40,063 bases of DNA, taken from positions 22,930,902-22,970,964 of the forward strand of contig NC_068984.1 in the NCBI RefSeq assembly GCF_001194135.2. The letters run 5' to 3'. A program made the position numbers and the translations under genes. Below are positions 33,550 through 40,063 of this stretch, piece after piece (position 1 is the first letter of the stretch; every line of letters begins with the position of its first letter). This DNA is from Octopus bimaculoides. Lineage: Eukaryota. The notes under the pieces were generated by a model, which worked only from the letters and a program-made list of their open reading frames with translations, made no database searches and had not been told where the DNA came from.

Positions 33550-33680
33550 GAATATATAACCGTGGGCTTACAACGAACTCGAGTTTTCGATTCGGTTGAC
33601 ATTGCTTCGTTTTGTCTTCTCACTAATAACATTGTGAAGGCATGGGTGCCTCAACCACACGCTACGCCTTTTTTTATAAA
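33550..33680 (-). promoter_or_regulatory. Candidate TATA box and non-coding first exon
   Basis: TATAAAAA at 33678-33671, locally CpG-richer sequence, and donor TTC|GTAAGTAT at 33549 about 270 bp upstream of the ATG exon. Confidence 0.4.
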
Positions 33681-33769
33681 TCAGAATCATCATAACACAT
33701 ATACACACAACACCTGGCAAACATCATGTAAAACATTAAAGTCGTGACATGTGCGCGCACGCATGTTTA

Positions 33770-33894
33770 GGCGCAGGCGTGACTGTGTGGTAAGAAGTTA
33801 GCTTCACAACCACATGGTTCTGGGTTCAGTCCCACTGCGTGGCACCTTGGGCTAATGCCTTCTACTATAGCTTCAGGCCGACCAAAGCCTTGTG
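33770..33894 (+). mobile_element. 5' part of the GGCGCAGG-family SINE
   Basis: Matches the head of 36594-36980. Other fragments lie near 4690-4800, 5865-5985 (-), 11680-11750 (-), 14046-14100 and 32500-32650. Confidence 0.8.
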
Positions 33895-34323
33895 TATACA
33901 TGTATATATTTGTGTGTGTGGTATTATATATAGGCGTTCCTATACAATGGAGGCTGAAATTATCTAGTAAACTAAAAATTGTGATTTCTTCGGGTGTGTA
34001 TGTTTAAGCATAGTAAATAATGATTCTGAAAAAAAAATGGAAGGAAGAGAGGATATTATTTAGTCACCTACAACCCATTCACCTTTCACAAAGGTCATCA
34101 GTTTTAACTTCCTTTTTTTTTTTTAAGAAGTACGTTTTAAAAAGTTCAGTATAATTTTGAAAAATGGTGAAGTCAGATGTTTAAAACATAAATCTGAACA
34201 AAAATATCAAAAGAAAATGAACACTGAAAAATTACAAAAGAAGTGGGGTGGGTGTAAAATTTCCATTTTTTTAAAAATCTTTTCTTGTAATGATTGTTGT
34301 CTGTGATGCTTAAAGTATGGAAC

Positions 34324-34680
34324 ATCATCATCATTCTCATCATTTAGCATCTAGTTTCTATGCTGGCATGAGTTGGACGGTTTGATTGTAACTGGTAAGC
34401 TGGAGAGCTGCACCTGGTTCTAATCTGATTTGGCATGGTTTCTGCAGCTGGATGCCCTTCCTAACACTAACCACTCCAAGAGTGTAATTGGTGCCTTTTA
34501 CATGCCACTGGCATGGCTGCCAGTTATGTGACACCAGCATTGGCCACAACTACGCTTTCACTTGGTTTGACGCGTCTTCTCAAGTACAACATATCACCAA
34601 AGATCTTAGCCACTTACCATTGCCTACATAAAGCCCCACATTCGAAGGGTGCTTTTTACATGCCACTGGCAAGAAATTAC
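34324..34680 (-). mobile_element. SINE/LINE-tail repeat of the GTTAGGAAGGGCATCCAGC family
   Basis: Reverse complement of the family at 35574-35727 and 37491-37636, with a (GAT)n tail. Confidence 0.72.
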
Positions 34681-35573
34681 AGTTTTTTGCATTCTAGTTA
34701 ATGTTCCAACTCTTTTCTGTAGGAACACAATATATATGTATTAATGTTTGTTTTATGTCAAGTTATAAATAAAAACACTTTAACTTTAAATTGAAGGGTT
34801 ATTCAATACTTTTTAGTATAGAGGTTCATTGAACTTTTACAAAGAAATGGTTCACAAGTTGACAGTAACTTCGAAGTTTCAGCTTGCTCACTTTTGTCAG
34901 AATGTCTGTCAAAGGTGAACAAGTGGTGACCATGGAGGAGATGGGAATGGTAATGGTGATGGTGGTCTTAACTCTTGATGGAATCAGCAACAGTATCATG
35001 ACATGATGTATGTCTTTGGCATCTTTTTTTTTTACCTAATGTAGCTCATTTCTCTCCAGGTCAGTTTCTTCCAGTGAGAACATATGTGTGTGGGGGGTGC
35101 ATATGTACATGCATATGTGTGTGTGCATGTATGTGTTTGTGAGGGGGTAGAGAGGGAGAGAAGAAGAAGAAGGAGGAGAAGGAGAAGAAGAATAAACCCC
35201 CAAGTCCTAGTACTTCACTGTACTTTATTCGTGGATCCAAAAGCATTGACCTAAGAAATACAAGAGAAATATTAATGAATGCTAAGTTCTATAAAAGTTA
35301 GAGTTGCACGATGGTACAACATGCAATATTCTACAAAAACATGTCTGGCCATGAGGAAATATCTTTCTTGAAAACAGGTAAGGGTGTGCAACAGGAAAGG
35401 CTTCCAGCTGCAAAAAGTCTCTCTCAATAAACATTGTCTAGCCCATGCAAGCATGGATAAGTAAACATTAAAATGGATGATAATAATGATGATGATGATG
35501 ATGATGACGGTGACAGTAACAATGATGACAACAACGAGGGGGATACAGTATTATCTAAAATCACATCTTTAAA

Positions 35574-35727
35574 GTTGGCGTTAGGAAGGGCATCCAGCTG
35601 TAGAAACTCTGCCAAATCAGACTGGAGCCTGGTGTTGCCATCCGGTTTCACCAGTCCTCAGTCAAATCGTCCAACCCATGCTAGCATGGAAAGCGGACGT
35701 TAAACGATGATGATGATGATGATGATC
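35574..35727 (+). mobile_element. GTTAGGAAGGGCATCCAGC-family repeat with (GAT)n tail (RTE-type 3' end)
   Basis: Highly similar copy at 37491-37636. Confidence 0.8.
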
Positions 35728-36593
35728 TTCTTTTTAAGAGTAATAAGGATTGATTTGAGGGAGACTTGACTGCTATTTCCAGCATGCCAAGTTAACACAT
35801 AGAGACGCCCTTGTTGGTTCAATTACTTTTTCATTTATTTATTTATTTATTTATTTGTTTTTCTTGATTTTTTTATAAAAGGTTAATTACAATTTTATGT
35901 ATTGAGGAGAATGGTGTTTTTGGTTTTCTTCAGTTTACCAAAATCAACCAGTTTGTTTTATCTTCATTAGCTTTCAGAAACACATTATCCTATTTAAATA
36001 AAACTAGGTCCCTGTTTTTATGTGCTGGCTACCCCTGTATAGAGACCATCCAGAGGATTATGGCTATAATTAATGAGTGCATCATTAGCCTACAGCACTG
36101 CCTTATTTGCATCTACCGAGGGCAACAGGAAACTGTTCCATGAAATAGTGGCCCAGTTATTTTCAGAGACTTCTGCTTTAGCTTTGACTTATTTTGTATG
36201 TGATAGGTGGAGTGCAACAGATATTACCACATTAAGACTTGAGCCAACGATGAAGCTTCTATGTGGTCACCAGAGAAGCTAAAAATAGCAGCCAAATCTG
36301 TCTGAGATTACACCACACTATCGTTTAAAAAATGGATATACAGGATAATATAGTTTAAGTTATACACTATGTCATTGAAAAAGGAAGGGGTGGTCATGAC
36401 TGGAAATACCTTTGATTATAGGGCTTGACCAGTGGTTCTTAGCTTTTTTTATGTTGCAACCCCTGCTTTCAAGTGACTGTTTTGCCTAACGCCCACCAAA
36501 GTGGTGAATGAGGTATTACAACTAAACCAACTTAACATGGTTGATAATTTATAAATTTTACCCCAGATGATAAAAAAAATTAATAAACATATA

Positions 36594-36980
36594 GGCGCAG
36601 GAGTGGCTGTGTGGTAAGTAGCTTGCCTACCACCCACATGGTTCCGGGTTCAGTCCCACTGCGTGGCACCTTGGGCAAGTGTCTTCTACTATAGCCTCGG
36701 GTTGACCAAAGCCTTGTGAGTGGATTTGGTAGATGGAAACTGAAAGAAGCCCGTCGTATATATGTATATGTATATGTGTGTGTGTGTGTGTGTGTTTGTC
36801 CCCCCCCACCATCGCTTGACAACCGATGCTGGTGTATTTACGTAACTTAGTGGTTTGGCAATAAGAGACCAATAGAATAAGTACTAGGCTTACAAAGAAT
36901 AAGTCCTGGGGTCGATTTTCTCAACTAAAGGTGGTGCTCCAGCATGGCTGCAGTCAAATGACTGAAACAAGTAAAAGAGT
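36594..36980 (+). mobile_element. Full-length tRNA-headed SINE (GGCGCAGGAGTGGCTGTGTGGTAAG family) with internal (TG)n
   Basis: Box A/B-like head, internal microsatellite, tail ...GAAACAAGTAAAAGAGT. Confidence 0.88.
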
Positions 36981-37087
36981 AAACACAAATTTTATAAATT
37001 TACTTTATACATTGCAAGTTAACGACTTTCCGGTGCCTGATGAGATCTCATTTTATTTCAATAATTATTACTAGCTTTGTCTCTTTT

Positions 37088-37289
37088 ACTCTTTTACTTG
37101 ATTCAGGCATTTTGCTGCAGCCATGCTGGAGCATTGCCTTTAGTCAAACAAATCGACCCCAGGACTCATTCTTTGTAAGCCTAGTACTTATTCTATCAGT
37201 CTGTTTTGCCAAACCTCTAAGTTACAAGTACATAAACACACCAGCATTGGTTGTCAAGCAATGATGGGGGGACAAACATAGACACACAA

Positions 37290-37328
<39 letters not shown>

Positions 37329-37479
37329 ATGGGCTTCTTTCAGTTTCCGTTTTCCAAATCTACTCACAAAGCTTTGGTCGGTCCAAGGCTATAGTAGAAG
37401 ACCCTTGCCCAAGGCACCACACAGTGGGACTGAACCCGGAACCATGTGGTTGGTGAGCAAGCTACTTACCACGCAGCCA
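37088..37479 (-). mobile_element. Second full-length copy of the same SINE, inverted
   Basis: Colinear reverse complement of 36594-36980. Confidence 0.88.
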
Positions 37480-38469
37480 ATATAATTACTGCTGGTGTTA
37501 GGAAGGGCATCCACCTGTAGAAACTCCGTCAGATCAGATTGGAGCCTGGTGCAGCCATCTGGTTCGCCAGTCCTCAGTCAAATCGTCCAACCCATGCTAG
37601 CATGGAAAGTGGACGTTAAACGATGATGATGATGACTACTATAGGCAAATTTAGTCTATTAATTACGTTACCTCACCATTCACCTCACTGCCCACTAAAG
37701 CCTAATGCCCCCTTCAGTATGTCCAATGCCCTTTTGGGGGCAGTACTGTCCATGTTGAGAACCTCTGATCTAGACCAATCATGAGCAATCTGAAGTCTGA
37801 AGGCTGCATGCAGCCCATGACATTCTGAATGGCCCACTTAAAAAGATTACTTGAATGCAGCTTGCTTCTCAAGAAGGGTTGCCCATGCCTGGTTGGGACA
37901 AACAGGACTGGTATAGGTTTGAACAATAACAACAACAACAGCAACAACATTAGACTCAGCAGGTGCATAATGTACTGGACTACAAAACACTACAGCATGA
38001 TAGATACATTTAGATAAATAATTTAGGTCAACTTTGATTGATTAGACATTCTAGTAATGACCATCCCAGACACAGGGCACAGTGTGTCGCTTTGTGCTTT
38101 GTAAGACAAGGTAATTATGTGTCAGCAGTATATATAGCCATATACTACAATATCACTGTTTTAACATCTGGTGTGTGTGTGTGTGTATGTGTGTGTCTGT
38201 ATCATCATCATTGTCATTTAACATCTGTTTTCTAGCCTGACATAGGTCGGATAGTTTGACAGAAATTGACGAACTACAGAACTTCAGTGTCTGCTTTGAG
38301 GTACCCATATCATTGTCGTCATCATCATTATCATCATCATCATTGTTTGTTAACATCCATATTCCATATTACCATGGAATTTTCATTACCGTTTCACATC
38401 CACTTTTCCATGCTTGCATGGATGAGACAGAATATGTTAAGACAAGTGATTCTACTGCATCTCTTGCAT

Positions 38470-38700
38470 GTCCGTAGCATACATTATGTACTGCTTTTGG
38501 AGTTTATACCTGGTCCTTTTCTAGATACTGAGCCAGACCATTTCCCTGAAGGAGCCAGGGTTCAGTCATCTTTCCTACTTACTAAAACTTTAGTCGTACA
38601 GGATAACCTTAAAGTCACTCAATTCCAAGTTTTGTTCCCATGCCTGGAATTTCTTTAATTCCTTTACAGATTCCGCTAAGAGGACAAGGTCATCAACAGG
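38470..38700 (-). mobile_element. Non-LTR (RTE-like) reverse transcriptase fragment
   Basis: DDLVLLAESVKELKKFQAWEQNLE (cf. YADDLVL.AES..EL..W...LE), followed by frameshifted LAPSGKW..SV.RKG.G.NS. Confidence 0.72.
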
Positions 38701-38967
38701 CTACGTGTGTGTGTGTTAGCATTTTTAACATCTGCTATTTCCATGCTGGCATGGATGGGGTGAAATTTCTCAAGATCATATTCTACAGCCAGGAGCCCTT
38801 CGTGATTCCAACCCACACTTGGTTTGGAGTAGAATATCTTATTCACCATCTTCACATGCCGAATGATTGCCAAATGTTTTGTTTATGAAATATATAAACA
38901 ACATCACTGTTGCTGATGTTGTGCCAATGCAAGGACACATGAAGAAAAAACAACACACACACACACA

Positions 38968-38998
<31 letters not shown>

Positions 38999-39169
38999 GT
39001 ACAAACACATAAGTACATGCAAGACGGTGGTGGTGTTGATGGAGAGCATTTGTGTGTGTGTGCATGTGTACACACAATAATTAAAATGTAATAACCTTAC
39101 ATCATGTTGCTGAATTTTACACACACACACACACATCTATATGTATATCCATCCAGCGACCTATATATT

Positions 39170-39600
39170 AGCCCTCTGCATTTTACTCTGTGAAACAGAA
39201 AGGTGCCCCCTCTCAAAGACTTTTTCAGAGAGGATTGAGGGCTTCAATAGCAGAGCCCTGAGAACTATCGAGACTACCAGACAGTACCATCATGTTTCCA
39301 ACCAAGGACTGCATGCACACACATCAGGCCATAGCCTCCCACCTCATAGGTATCTGTCACACGCTCTTGTACAGATATGCCTTTTGTCTCCCACTAAATC
39401 ATCCTACCAGGGCTTTACTCCCATTTGATGTAACAGGTACAGGCTGGAAGAGGTTTCACAGCAGGCCCTGCACCAGATGGCTGAACATGATTAAGGAAGA
39501 TCTCCAGAGGCTCAATGTCATCTTGAAGGGTGCAGAGGGGGTGGCATGGGACTGCCAGTGATGGAGGGCACTGGCAGACCTGGTCAGCTCCATGCATGAT
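39170..39600 (+). mobile_element. RTE-clade LINE C-terminal remnant
   Basis: LCILLCETERCPLSKTFSERIEGFNSRALRTI...HVSNQGL...HPTRALL...GWKRFHSRPCTRWLNMIKEDL...WRAL (cf. LLYGCETW...GRPRTRW..DL). Confidence 0.8.
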
Positions 39601-39698
39601 GGTATCTCTGGGACCACTAACCTGGGACGACCCCAGTACGTGCCATCAAGCAAGAGTACGAAGCAAAAGCAAAAGAAGCAAGCAAGCAGTATATATAT

Positions 39699-40063
39699 GG
39701 GTGCCACAAAGAATACATAGGGCAAACGAGCCTTACTCTCAGAGAAAGGATGACAGTCCACCGCCAACAATTGAGGGATCCCACCACAAGACAGATACCA
39801 CTCAGTGGGCATTTAGATCTGTGTGCACAAAACAAGTCTCCCAAATTCCTAGTTTTCCCATTATACCAATGCTCAGACAACACCACTGACCAAACACGAA
39901 TAAATAAGGAAAATAATCTTATTCAAAAATACAGACCACAGCTCAACATACTCTAACATAAGCCTCCTCCCCAGGTGCACGCCCAAAACAAAGACACACA
40001 GATACGCAAAATCACACACATCAATACAATGCAAACCTCCGACACGAACACACTTACACACAT
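39699..40063 (+). mobile_element. Penelope-like element 3' end: GIY-YIG endonuclease C-terminus plus CA-rich UTR
   Basis: Open frame 39699-39956: GCHKEYIGQTSLTLRERMTVHRQQLRDP...INKENNLIQKYRPQLNIL* (YIG motif, R..H motif, terminal E and LN), followed by a CA-rich tract to the window end. Confidence 0.85.

Overview
AT-rich, microsatellite-dense animal genomic DNA with seven N-gaps (about 4.1 kb in total). The SINE families look like those I recall from Octopus genomes; this is recognition, not a database result. No complete intact protein-coding gene can be demonstrated. Most of the window is transposon debris: mariner and maT/DD37D transposase remnants, RTE-, R4/Dong- and Jockey/L2-like LINE ends, Penelope-like (PLE) RT/GIY-YIG remnants, a Helitron helicase fragment and many tRNA-headed SINEs. 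Standout observations: (1) three divergent copies (806-1253 +, 17982-18358 -, 32123-32492 +) of a 360-370 nt structured repeat, each carrying a type I hammerhead ribozyme motif with Schistosoma Sm-alpha-like tertiary architecture, a palindromic stem III and covarying flanking helices, resembling a retrozyme, plus a minimal PLE-type hammerhead at 14173-14200; (2) a long linker-histone H1-like reading frame (18671-19608 -) hidden by two stops and a probable frameshift; (3) an 85-bp near-perfect hairpin (28945-29122) containing an exon-like segment; (4) a candidate minus-strand gene start (TATA box, non-coding exon, ATG exon) near 33.2-33.7 kb.
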